The translations under genes and the position numbers were made by a program. Below the pieces are notes generated by a model, which ran no database searches, had not been told where the DNA came from, and saw only the letters and a program-made list of their open reading frames with translations. Below are positions 1 through 10,747 of a DNA stretch of 20,000 bases, piece by piece; position 1 is the stretch's first letter, and the number at the start of each line of letters is the position of its first letter. The stretch comes from Chiloscyllium plagiosum. Its lineage: Eukaryota. The stretch is from contig NC_057718.1 in the NCBI RefSeq assembly GCF_004010195.1, positions 95,558,506 to 95,578,505 of the forward strand, in the 5' to 3' direction.

Positions 1-1374
1 TGTCCATATTACAGAGGAGGAAGTGCTGGATGTCTTGAAACGCAAAAAAGTGGATAAATCCCCAGGACCTGATCAGGTCACCCGAGAACTCTGTGGGAAG
101 CTAGAGAAGTGATTACTGGGCTTCTTGCTGAGATATTTGTATCATCGTTAGTTACAGGTGGGTGCCAGAAGACTGGAGGTTGGCTAACGTGGTGCCACTG
201 TTTTAAAAATGTGGTAAGGACAAGCCAGGGAACTATAGACCAGTGAGCCTGACCTCGGTGGTGGGCAAGTTGTTGGAGGGAATCCTGAGGAACAGGATGT
301 ACATGTATTTGGAAAGGCAAAGACTGATTCAGGATAGTCAACAAGGCTTTGTGCATGGGAAATCATATCTCAAACTTGACTGAGTTTTTTGAAGAAGTAA
401 CAAAGAGGATTGATGAGGGCAGAGCGGTAGACGTGATCTGTATGGACTGTAGTAAGGCATTCGACAAGGTTCCCCATGGGAGACTGATTAGCAAGGTTAG
501 ATCTCATTGAATGCAGGGAGAACTAGCCATTTTGATACAGAACTGGCTCAAAGGTAGAAGACAGAGAGTAGTGGTGGAGGGTTGTTTTTCAGACTGGAGG
601 CCTCTGACCAGTGGAGTGTCAGAAGGATTGGTGCTGGGTCCTCTACTTTTCGTCATTTATATGAATGATTTGGATGTGAGCATAAGACGTATCGTTAGTA
701 AGTTTGCAGATGACACCAAAATTGGAGGTGTAGTGGACAGTGAAGAGGGTTACCTCAGATTACAACAGGATCTGGACCAGATGGGCCAATGGGCTGAGAA
801 GTGGCAGATGGAGTTTAATTCAGATAAATGCGAGGTGCCGCAGTTTGGGAAAGCAAATCTTAGCAGGACTTATACACTTNNNNNNNNNNNNNNNNNNNNN
901 NNNNNNNNNNNNNNNNNNNNNNNNNNNNNNNNNNNNNNNNNNNNNNNNNNNNNNNNNNNNNNNNNNNNNNNNNNNNNNNNNNNNNNNNNNNNNNNNNNNN
1001 NNNNNNNNNNNNNNNNNNNNNNNNNNNNNNNNNNNNNNNNNNNNNNNNNNNNNNNNNNNNNNNNNNNNNNNNNNNNNAGAACTGGAGGGCATAGGTTTAG
1101 GGTGAGTGGGGAAAGATATAAAAGAGACCTAAGGGGCAACATTTTCAAGCAGAGGGTGGTATGTGTATGGAATGAGCTGCCAGAGGATGTGGTGGAGCCT
1201 GGTACAATTGCAACATTTAAGAGGCATCTGGTTGGTTATATGAATAGGAAGGGTTTGGAGGGATATGGGCCAGGTGCTGGGAGGTGGGACTAGATTGGGT
1301 TGGGATATCTGGTCAGCATGGACAAGTGGACCGAAGGGTCTGTTTCCATGCTGTACATCTCTGTGACTCTATGA
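1..1374 (+). mobile_element. CR1-clade LINE, 3' part (degenerate reverse transcriptase ORF2 plus 3' tail), cut by the window edge and by an assembly gap
   Basis: RT motifs NWLKGRRQRVVVEG, SG..G.VLGPLLFVIY.NDL and KFADDTK; C-terminal F.QRVV..WNELP..VVE; 3' tail gggtctgtttccatgctgta...gactctatga. Frameshifts and stops are present upstream. Confidence 0.93.
880..1077. other. Assembly gap (198 N)
   Basis: Run of N inside the CR1 copy. Confidence 1.
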
Positions 1375-2775
1375 AGAACCTTCATAAAGGTGAAGCAGAG
1401 CATGCGTGACCTTTAGCCTGGGGCAAGATTTAAGGTACCCCAGAATCAAAGACGTGAAACATGTCTAGGTGTATGGGTATACTTTCTAAAGCAAAACGCT
1501 TCTACTAATGTAATATTTCTCTTCAAACTTACACAGTAATTAATGGAAAATCTGCAGTTTCCATCTATTGCACAATTAAATAATAGGAAATAGACTTGTA
1601 ATCATAATTGCTACACTTCAACTTGCAGTGTGGGTAAGGGGAGACTGTGAAACAGCCACTTGAAGTAAGAAAAATTAATTGGGTTAAATTATCCTTTCTG
1701 GAAAGACAATGTAACAGCAGCAGAAACTATTGTAGACAACTGCAGTATTTGGGATTGATGGACTTGGGTTTCAAAGCAAGCAAGACATGACTTTCAAACA
1801 CTGGGGTGTGGAAATATTTTCCAAGAATAAAAAGCTTAGTTTAATTATAAGTTTCTTTCAATCCTGTCTGCAGGTGATAAACAGAAAAGCTGCAAACTTT
1901 GGCCAGAAATTTAAGTTGGAGTCTCATCACTCCGTTTTCTATCAGAAAACCACCTAAATACTGTTTTCACTTCCACAAGCATAGCATTTAATTACTCAAA
2001 CATTTACTGAGGTTCATATTTTATTTCATGCGGTTTATAACATTGAAAAGACTCATAAAATGCATTATCTATAATTCCAAAGAAGAATGTGGTTTTGAAC
2101 CAAACATATTTTCAAACTTGTCACTTCTTTCAAAAATTCAGAAGATGATTGCAACTCCACAGACACAACATAATTACTTACCACGGTGCAGCTTTTAAGT
2201 TTAGGTTATATTCCAGTGAAACATTTATAAACTGGCATTCGGACATTATTGCCTGAACTATCTGCAGAAATAGCTGAAATCTTTTCTTACAATGAGTCAA
2301 ATATATGGGTCTAAAGTGCACTCTTTGTTTCCGCAATTCATGGAAACATAGTTCCACCCAATCTGCAAAATCTGTTTTAATCAAATACACAGTATAACAA
2401 CGCAGAATATGTTAACAGTTCAACTGAAGAGACAATGCTCCATGATGTAAATGGAATCACACAATTGTTACGGTGCAGAAGGAGGTGATTTGGATCATTG
2501 TGCCGGAGCTACACATTTCCTGCTGTTAGCCTGTAAACCTGCACACTGTCTAAATCCTTTTGGATTTTTTGATTGAGTCTCCCACTGCCCCACCCTCTAA
2601 CAGTGCATTCGTAACCACTTGAAGTTGTTTCTCCTCAAAGCACTTTTTCCTATTTTTACCAATTCCCAATGTTACTAATTTGTGCCTCTAGTCCTTGATC
2701 CTTTTGCAATTAGGAAAATGTGCTCCCTATTTATTCTGTGCAGACCTCTCTTGATTTTGAATACATAACTTTTTC

Positions 2776-3100
2776 TTTATTTGTTCATGGGATGTGGGAC
2801 ATTGCAGGTTAGGTCAATGCTTACTGCCAATCCCCAGTTGTCCAGATGGCAGTAAAAAGTCAATCTCATTGCTGTTGGTCTGGAGTCACTTGTAGGCCAG
2901 ACCAGATAATTAAGGCAGATTTTCTCCCCTAAAGGGCATTGGTAACCTGGGTTCTCACAACAACTCTTGGTGGTTACTATGTGTTTTATTCCAGATGCTT
3001 GCTGAATTCAAATTTCATAATTTGCCATGTTAAGATTTGAACCCATGTTGTCAGCTATCAGCCTGTGTTTATGAATTACTAGTCCAGTGATGTTATCACC
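2776..3100 (-). mobile_element. Old tRNA-derived SINE (diverged)
   Basis: Minus strand starts with a tRNA-like head (cactggactagtaattca...gggttcaaatc B-box). Shares gtctggagtca..tgtaggccagacc and ttttattccagat blocks with the copies at 4748-5052 and 16630-17220. Confidence 0.65.
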
Positions 3101-3106
3101 TCATCC

Positions 3107-3650
3107 CTGGAATAATTCTCATAAACCTCTTCTGCACTCTCTCCAATGTCTTTATGTCCTTCCTGAAATGTGGTATCAGAACTGGACACTATACTCTTGC
3201 TAAGGCCAAACTTGTGTCTGATACAATTTCAACATAACTTCCTTGCGCTTGTATTCCATGCCTCTATTAATAAAAACGAGGGCACTGTATACTTTAGTTG
3301 CTCTCTCACACCCGGTCTGCCACCTTTAATGCATCATGTATGGTCCCAAGTTCCTGTACTCCTGCAGGAGAAAGTGAGGACTGCAGATGCTGTAGATCAG
3401 AGCTGAAAATGTGTTGCTGGAAAAGCGCAGCAGGTCAGGCAGCATCCAAGGAGCAGGAGAATCGACATTTCGGGCATGAGCCCTTCTTCAGTTCCCTGAA
3501 GAACGTCTCATGCTTCAGTTCCCTGAAGAAGGGCTCATGCCCGAAACGTCGATTCTCCTGCTCCTTGGATGCTGCCTGACCTGCTGCGCTTTTCCAGCAA
3601 CACATTATCAGCCCTGTACTCCTGCACACCATTTAAAATTGTACCCTCTA
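3107..3650 (-). mobile_element. Diverged CR1-like LINE fragment that hosts the Penelope-like insertion
   Basis: aaacctcttctgcactctctccaatg...cagaactggacac is the reverse complement of the CR1 ORF2 C-terminal 'VQFW....LERVQ.RF' region. Boundaries are approximate. Confidence 0.6.
3367..3612. mobile_element. Penelope-like retroelement terminal (pLTR) fold-back insertion with hammerhead motifs
   Basis: 90 bp inverted arms 3402-3491 and 3523-3612 (2 mismatches); ctgaaga-a-gggctcatgccc-gaaa-cgtc core at 3523-3550; 14 bp direct flank cctgtactcctgca at 3353-3366 and 3613-3626. Confidence 0.8.
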
Positions 3651-3655
3651 ACTTC

Positions 3656-3980
3656 TGGTGTTACAGTAGTTAGCACTGCTGCCTCACAGTGCCAGGGACC
3701 TGGGGTTCAATTCCAACCTTGGGCGACTGTCTGTATGGAGTTTACACATTCTCCCTGTGTCTGCGTGGGTTTCCTCCCACAATCCAAAGATGTGCAGGTT
3801 AGGTGGATTGGCCAGGCTAAATTGCCCATAGTGTTCAGGGATGTGTAGGTTAGGTGCATTAGTCAGGGATAAATGTAAAGTAATAGGGTGGGGGAATGGG
3901 TCTGGCTGGGTAACTATTCGGAGAGTTAGTTTGGACTTGTTGGGCCAAAGGGCCTGTTTCTACACTGTCGGAATTCTATG
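3656..3980 (+). mobile_element. HE1-like tRNA-derived V-SINE
   Basis: Head ttagcactgctgcctcacag...ggttcaattcc (A/B-box like); V-domain ctgtatggagtttacacattctccctgtgtctgcgtgggtttcc..ccaaagatgtgcaggttagg; CR1-derived tail gggcctgtttctacactgt. Confidence 0.9.
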
Positions 3981-4747
3981 TTGTAGCTGATATTCTGTCT
4001 TCATCTTCCCACCAAAATGTATCACATTTCTCTTCATGTCGTAGGCTGTGGACGGGTCAGTGGGATTAATGTAGTTTAGTGTTTGTTAGTCAGCATAGAC
4101 ATGGTGGACTGAAGGACTTGTTTCTGTGCTGTCAGACTCTTGACTTTATTACTCTATCTGCCACCCCACCAACGTGTCTATGCTAGCTTTTGCAAATATA
4201 TTACAAAGCTGTGGATCATTAGTAGATGACAGAAAAAGCAAGACTCCCTAGCATTGACCTCTGGGGAGCTCTGCTACAAACCTCCCCCTACCTATTAACC
4301 TTTAATCTCTCTTCCCTGCCACTCAGACAATTTTGTATCACACTATTGCCACTATCTCTTTTATTCCGCGAGCTCTAACTTTGCTCACAGGTCTGTTGTG
4401 TTTCACTGGACCCAGTGCCTTCTAGCTATCCGTGCAGACAACAGCATTGGCCTGATCAGCCCATACTGTTTCTCTTTAAACAAACTCCAGAAACCTGATT
4501 TTCCCTGAAGAAATCCATGTTGGCTCTCCCTTAATAATTTTCACTTTTCCATTTGACTTAATTTTATCCCAAATTATTATTCTTTGAGGTTACCCAACTG
4601 GTACCTTGTCAGTTTCAAAAACCAGACAGCCTATCTGCATTCTACATGCCAGTGTCCACTAATCATCTTAATAGGAGCCAAGCATGGTACATGGAATTCC
4701 CAGTATGTGACATTTACAGCAACTTAACAAACTAAAGTTTTTTTTTA

Positions 4748-5052
4748 CATTTGTTTACATGATGTGGGTATGGCTGGGGGCAAGGCCACTATTTAGTGCC
4801 TAGTCCTGATGGCCAGAGGGCAGTTTTAAGAGTCTGGAGTCATGTGTAAAGCAGACCGGGTAAGGACAGCAGGTTCCAGTATTAGTGAATCAGACGGGCT
4901 TTTAACGACAATGAACAATTGCCAATGGCAAGCTTTTTATTCCAGATAACTGTTGCATTTGAATGTCACCGTCTGCATGTTGAGATTTGAATCCACATCC
5001 CCAGAACACAAACCTGAGGTGTGGATTATCAGTCCCGTGGCATTAACACTGC
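4748..5052 (-). mobile_element. Old tRNA-derived SINE (diverged), same family as 2776-3100
   Basis: Shared blocks atttgtt.cat.atgtggg, gtctggagtcatgtgta, ttttattccagat and gatttgaatcc (B-box on the minus strand). Confidence 0.65.
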
Positions 5053-5191
5053 CCTTTTATTGATAGGATCCCTTTTCATGGCAGCCCGAGGGGAAACCGG
5101 TTCCTTTAACTTGAAGAAAAACATCCACATATCCACTAATTAGGGGCGGGAGTGATCGTTATTAATTAAACAATTTCCACACACTCAGAAA

Positions 5192-5308
5192 GGCTCTTGT
5201 GGTGCAGTGGTGGTGCCCCTACTTTTGAGGCTGGAGACCTTTGTTCAGGTTCCACCTTCTCAAGAGGCATGTAATTACATCTCTAAACAGGTTGGTTAGA
5301 AAATATCT
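5192..5308 (+). mobile_element. Short tRNA-derived SINE head fragment
   Basis: tggtgcagtgg (A-box like) followed by gttcaggttcc (B-box like), then non-tRNA sequence; no intact cloverleaf evident. Confidence 0.5.
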
Positions 5309-5772
5309 TAACACACTCAGATTGTTGGACAGTCACCACATAGAGGTCCCTACTTTCCAGCAGGATACCAAGACTGCACTATATCAAAGCAAGGTTTAAT
5401 GAATAGGTGACACTGCCCTCCCTACTTGGGCCACTGGTGATGAGCATCATCATGCCGGTCAGAGATTTATCTCTGGATATAAAGACTGTTTATAAATTAT
5501 TAAGAACCTGCATTCTGGCCCTAATCAGCAGACCTCTTACAGAGTAGGCCTTATATTCGATTTTTAAAACATACTCCTATGTCATTCAGACCCCACTTCG
5601 ATCACTTGTTGGCCTAGAAACAGAATATTAGAGGTAAAGGGACCATTTTTAACTTTGATTCGGAGATTTCTGAGATGAATGTATCTATTTTACTCAGTCA
5701 CCTTTCTATCATTGTGCAAAAGATGACCTTAAAATGGTGGACATGGAGCTGGTATTCTATCAACATCAACGT

Positions 5773-6091
5773 TTAGATTAGATTCCCTACAGTGTGGAAA
5801 CAGGCCCTTTGGCCCAACAAATCCACACCGACCCTCCGAAGAGCAACCCACCCATACCCATTCCCCTGCATTTACCCCTGACTAATGCACCTAACACTAC
5901 AGGCAATTTAGCATGGCCAATTCACCTAACCTACATGTCTTTGGATTATGGGTGGAAACCGAAGCACCTGGAGGAAACCCACGCAGACACAGGGAGAATG
6001 TGCAAACTCCACACAGACAGTTGCCTGAGGTGGGAATTGAACTTGGGTCCCTGGCGCTGTGAGGCAGCAGTGCTGACCACCGAGCCACCGT
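5773..6091 (-). mobile_element. HE1-like V-SINE
   Basis: Reverse complement of the HE1 head and V-domain, with the (tctaa)n tail appearing as ttagattagatt at 5773. Confidence 0.92.
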
Positions 6092-6441
6092 ATCTCTCCT
6101 AGAAGTAAGGATTGACCTCCTAGCCATTGTTGCTGACCATCTATCTCATTCAGGTTTTTGTTCCTCTTCATTGTGTTTTCCTACATAATCGCAGGTTCTG
6201 CTTTTTCGAAGTACTCCAGTTTCTATGAGGTAGGATAATACTGTCTGGACTTCATTGTCAAGTTAAGCAAACACACATGAACCAAACAGAGAGCAGCATG
6301 GCAACTTTAGTGATCTAGAAAATTTATAGAAGCATTATATTTTCAGTTACCTTAATTCATTCGATACTCCCAGTTTTCAGAGAGTGCATTTTGACCCCAA
6401 GATATCAGATCGTGTCTATTTTGAATAAAATATCATAATAA

Positions 6442-6744
6442 GGGCGGCATGGTGGTTCAGTGGTTAGCACTGCTGCCTCACAGCATTAGGGACCCGGGTT
6501 CGATTCCAGCCTTGGGCGACTGTCTGTGTGGAGTTTGCACATTCTGCCCGTGTCTGCGTGGGTTTCCTCTGGGTGCTCCGGTCCAAAGATGTGCAGATCA
6601 GGTGAATTGGCCATGCTAAATTCCCTGTCGTGTTAGGTACATTAGTCAGAGGAAAATGGGTCTGGGTGGGTTACTCTTCAGAGGGTTGGTGTGGACTGGT
6701 TGGGCTGAAGGATCTGTTTCCACACTGTAGAGAATCTAATCTAA
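6442..6744 (+). mobile_element. HE1-like V-SINE, full length
   Basis: gggcggcatggtggttcagtggttagcactgctgcctcacag...ggttcgattcc, V-domain and tail aatctaatctaa. Confidence 0.93.
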
Positions 6745-6892
6745 AAAAAATAAACTACAACTGAGCAAGGTTTGTACCTATCCATCAAAAATATTTAGAT
6801 GTTATGCAAGTGATTGTGAGAAGACACCTCCATTTAAAACAAAAACAGTTGAACAGGTTATTAAAATTATACAAAATAATGAGACTTCTTAC

Positions 6893-7024
6893 CAAAATTT
6901 TGTCAATTTTTCCACCTTCAAGTGTCACCTCCAGACTGGCAAGGGCAGCTTCCACCTCATCTTCATCTTGCTCATTAGTGAAGTCTTGTGGTTCCGACAA
7001 TTGTGATAGCTTGCTTATATGATA
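6893..7024 (-). CDS. FERMT1: Kindlin-1 coding exon, equivalent to human exon 8 (F2, just before the PH domain)
   Basis: ttgtttcag|TAT acceptor and TTG|gtaaga donor; 132 nt, phase 0 to 0. Translates [44 protein letters not shown], similar to kindlin-1 YHISKLS...QDF...[15 protein letters not shown]. Confidence 0.96.
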
Positions 7025-7109
7025 CTGAAACAATTTTTTAAACATTTAAGATGTGATGTTTACCAAACTGATCATAGTTAAGTGTGTTTTTTTTTTGGAA
7101 AGGACTCCA

Positions 7110-7485
7110 CTAAGGTATCTAAAGAAAGACACACTAGCATTGTACACAATTCAGAGAAGGTTCACAAGGGTGGTACCACATAAGGAGAGACTGCTTTATG
7201 AGGAAAGGTTGAGTAGGATGGATATGTACTCGTTGGAATTTAGAAGAATGACAGACAAACTTGTTGAAAAATGCAGAACTCTCAGGGGACTTGATAGGAT
7301 AGATGTGGAAAGGTTGTTTCCCATTGAGAGACATTTTAGGATCGAGGGGCATAATCTCAGAATAAGGGACTGCACATTTAAGAGAGAGGTGAGGAGGACT
7401 TGCTTCTGTGAGGGTAGTGAATCTGTGGAATTCTTTACAACAGAGAGCTGTCGAAGATGTGTTGTTGCATTAATCCAAGGCTGTT
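7110..7485 (+). mobile_element. CR1 LINE ORF2 C-terminal fragment
   Basis: IQRRFTRVVP...YEERLSRMDMYSLEFRRM...LRGLDRIDVERLFP...GHNLRI, typical of the CR1 ORF2 C-terminus. Confidence 0.85.
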
Positions 7486-7924
7486 ATCCCTTTTAAAAAA
7501 AAACTGTCAAAACAGTGCTCATGTGAAATTGTATGAATGAATGAACAGGAACCTGTATCAATGAATATAGCAAGCTGGTAAAGATAACCTAGAACACAAT
7601 ATCTCACAATGAATAAAAGTTTCTTTCTGTATCAAGTGTGTATAAATGAAGGCTCTTTTTATAAACTTATTTTTGTCACCTCCGTTTGGCTCCTGACATC
7701 AGCCCCACCAGACAATATTGAGTGTATAGCAACGGAGATGGCATGAGGGATGAGAGGAGGTAGGGAATGAACGAGGGCTGTGAAGTGGCATGAATTTGGG
7801 TGAGAGAGTGCCTAATAGCTTTTAACAAAACTGGGTCAAAATCTCAAGAACCTTTCTCAGCATTCTCACCTTCATGGCCATCTCTGAACTACTGCACTAC
7901 CTCTGCAGGTAGCAGGCTCCTTCC

Positions 7925-8196
7925 AGCTCAGCACCATCCTCATGACCTGTCCTATCTGCCTATCTTTCTTTCCACCTATCCACTCCACCCTCCTCTCTGA
8001 CCTATCACCTTCAGCCCCAACCCCATCCACCTACTGTACTCTTTGATACCTTCTCCCCAGCCCCATGCCCTCCCATTTATCTCTCCACCCCAGAGGCTCC
8101 CTGCCTTCATTACTGTTGATGGGCTTTTGCCCGAAATGTCGATTTTCTTGCTCCTCAGATGCTGCCTGATCTGTTGTGCTTTTCCAACACCACTCT
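7925..8196 (+). mobile_element. Penelope-like element 3' end with decayed hammerhead motif
   Basis: C/T-rich tract followed by ctgttgatgggcttttgcccgaaatgtc (8113-8140) and gatttt..tgctcctc.gatgctgcctga, homologous to the arms at 3523-3612 and 17741-17830. Confidence 0.7.
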
Positions 8197-8728
8197 TATC
8201 TGGACAAAATTGAACCATGCCAACTCCAAGCATGACCAACCTACACCCCTCCCCAGAATGAAAATAATGCAGAGGTGGGGTTACTGCCAAGGAGACGGTT
8301 TTGCTCGATCAACTTGAGATTCCCCCTCACCCTGTGGTGCAAATCTAGCCCATTAGCTCCACAGACACTGCCTGAGCGATTGAGTATTTCCAGAATCCTC
8401 TTGTATTTCTTTAATTCTTCATGGTTATTTCTGTTTTCACTGGCAGCATCATATCAAAATTCAGCCACCATGTCCTTTCAGCATTTTCTGATTATTGCTC
8501 TTCATTTTTTAATGAATTGCATCAGCAATGAATGCATAAGGATTGAAAATCCAAGACAATTGAAGATTTTTTTTCTAATTTAGAATATGAGCTGAGAATG
8601 CCAGATGTGATCGAAGTATGTTCTGCCGGAGACCTGTATGTTATCTAGACGTCTGTCGGGACATGTTCTTCCCCCCTTGTTGAAACAGGTTTTTGTAGCA
8701 ACAGTTGGCTTTAAACAATTACATTTAC

Positions 8729-8836
8729 CTGCAGTGCTGCAAATATTAACATTTCTTCCTCAGTGCAATCAATTTCCTCCAGCAGAATTGCCCACCGTGC
8801 TTGCTCATACAGCTGGTTTATCCGGACTGCATCATA
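8729..8836 (-). CDS. FERMT1: Kindlin-1 coding exon, equivalent to human exon 7 (F2 subdomain)
   Basis: Pyrimidine tract tctctctctcttacacgcag|TAT and donor CAG|gtaaat; 108 nt, phase 0 to 0. Translates [36 protein letters not shown]. From recalled human sequences, MLIFAALQ is the FERMT1 form (FERMT2 MMMFAALQ, FERMT3 MMVFAALQ). Not in the supplied ORF track. Confidence 0.97.
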
Positions 8837-9417
8837 CTGCGTGTAAGAGAGAGAGACGTCACTAAGGGTGTAATACAGACACCACTTTTAGTGCACAATG
8901 ATATTCTGTTACAGAGGAAAGAGAAGTACTACAGGGTTAGGTAAAGCTATGTGCCACTGCTGTATTAATCACGTCAACTCCAGCATAGACTATCTGCATG
9001 GACTATCTGCCTTATTCTGAAAAGGCAGTAATGGGATAGAGAATGGAGAATAAAATGTACAACACCCACTTCTCTTCCCAAAGCAATAAGGATAGGCTCT
9101 GCAATTAGGCCATGGGTTACTACCATACAAATACTTCACACATGCTTCTGAAATTCTTTTCTCCATTATTACAATGGTGTTATAAATCCATTTAAAATAA
9201 TTAATAGCTCAACTAAAATATGGAAATTTCAGACAAATTAATTAAATTTTTGCATAACAGTGCTGCATGGAATATTTTAAGGTAATGGCATTATGGGCTT
9301 TATCCATGGAAGTTTGTGAACCTCTTCATAAATTTGTGCTTGTAGTTTTGCAGCAAGTTTGGTGTTTTTGTTGTAATACAAAAATACCTTAGTTAGGAGA
9401 ATCACTTGAATATATAT

Positions 9418-9615
9418 CTCACAACACCAGGTTATGCTGTAATCAACTTTTGCTATAAATTCTGTGCCTTACAATTGTGTCCTCCACAACCACCTGATGA
9501 AGGAGCACCGCTCCGAAAGCTCGTGTGCTTCCAATTAAACCTGTTGGACTATAACCTGGTGTTGTGTGATTTTTAACTTTGTACACCCCAGTCCAACACC
9601 GAAATCTCCAAATCC
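9418..9615 (+). mobile_element. Second-family Penelope-like terminal fragment with a short inverted 5' piece
   Basis: 5' cacaacaccaggttat is inverted relative to ataacctggtgttgtg at 9551-9566; hammerhead core at 9491-9525; 11 bp direct flank tgaatatatat at 9407-9417 and 9616-9626. Confidence 0.8.
9491..9525 (+). ncRNA. Minimal type I hammerhead ribozyme motif (Penelope-associated)
   Basis: CAC-CUGAUGA-A-GGAGC(acc)GCUCC-GAAA-GC-UC-GUG: stem I CAC/GUG, 5 bp stem II, palindromic AGCU in place of stem III, predicted cleavage after C9522. Confidence 0.72.
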
Positions 9616-10275
9616 TGAATATATATAAATGTTTTCCCCTTGTACTACAGACTGCATGCAGCAGTCTCTTGCTGTGGCAGCCTCATCCTGGGTGGGTGGT
9701 CTTGGCTTGACATGGTGGTCTCCAGGTTTGACAGTCTTGTCCCAGCATCAACGCCTTCTTCAGCAGCACTTTCCAGGTGTCCCAGTGGCCCAGCATGGTG
9801 ATCCCGTCCAGTCCCAGTGCGGAGGTATCATCCTGGTGTGTAGCATGGAGGTCTCGTCCTGTTGCGGAGGTCCTGTATTCCAGTCTGGAGCAGCAGTATC
9901 TCATTGGTGACAGCCTTGACCTGGAGGGGCAGTCTCCAGATTTGATTGTTTTGTCCAAGCGTGGAGGTCTTGTAGGTGTGGACGTCAGATTCAGCTGCGG
10001 CTTCCAGGTATTTCAGCGCTTGTTGTCTTAATCGACTTTCTCCGAAATGAAATTAATTTCAGGTGAACTCTGCCTTACTTTTTTCTCCTTATCTATGTCA
10101 TTAATACAGGCGCTGTAGTATGACAACTTAGAAAACTTTTCACTTTTATTTTTTAAAAATACACATGACAATCTATTCTGTTCGAATAGTATGCCCCCAT
10201 TTGCCTCAACTACTGTGTCTCTTCCCAGTACTGTGGTGGGATGCTCAAAAGATTATTATGACTTGTGTGTCTTAC

Positions 10276-10378
10276 TTTTGGGTTCAGATCAAAGAAGCTG
10301 TAGTACTTGTAACGTAACAGCAGCTTATCTTCCTTCTGGATGCCTTGTTCCATCAGTGAACGTGATGAATCTAGCCAT
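10276..10378 (-). CDS. FERMT1: Kindlin-1 coding exon, equivalent to human exon 6
   Basis: ttctgcag|A TGG acceptor and AAA|gtaag donor; 103 nt, phase 2 to 0, completes the GG+A Gly codon from the previous exon. Translates [34 protein letters not shown], the conserved kindlin motif. Confidence 0.97.
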
Positions 10379-10747
10379 CTGCAGAAATTGTGCAATGAAA
10401 GAAACTGTAAATAAATGATGAAAGATCCAGAGGTGGAATCTTTGCTGTTTGCCTTTGTATTATTTCACATTTACTGCATTAAAGCAACCCACATAGTCAA
10501 CCTTTGCTCTGTTTGGCTTAACCGATTATCTACTAAAAATCAACCATTGTACTTTACAATAAACGTACCATAAACTATTAAGCTACATTCGAAAAGTTGC
10601 AACAAGGCACATTAACCACAATATTTCATGGAATTCCAACTTACATTTTAACAGTTTATTATTTCTGTCACATATTGTCTTCAATTCAATTCTAGTTATA
10701 ATTCTAAGGGTATTTTTGAATGAAAAGTGAGTGTCATCTTTCACATC

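Noticed and set aside
511..1293. 260 aa ORF as an intact reverse transcriptase (also ORFs 740-1105, 820-1092 and 870-1148)
   Set aside because: Continuity is an artefact of reading through 198 N; the upstream CR1 sequence is frameshifted and has stops.
3367..3612. Interpretation as a pre-miRNA or a MITE
   Set aside because: Asymmetric ends, variable 14-15 bp TSDs, hammerhead core and a one-armed homologue at 7925-8196 fit Penelope-like pLTR ends better.
3298..3848. ORFs with MCCWKSAAGQAASKEQEN and PEEGLMPETSILLLLGCC, repeated at 17722-18087
   Set aside because: Spurious translations of the palindromic Penelope-like repeat and the adjacent SINE.
5794..6171. Recurrent peptides ATVCVEFAHSP and QSKDVQVRWIG (also at 15163 and 18335)
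   Set aside because: Translations of the HE1 SINE V-domain, not genes.
6442..6510. tRNA genes at SINE heads
   Set aside because: A/B-box-like heads run directly into SINE bodies and tails, with no standalone cloverleaf and terminator.
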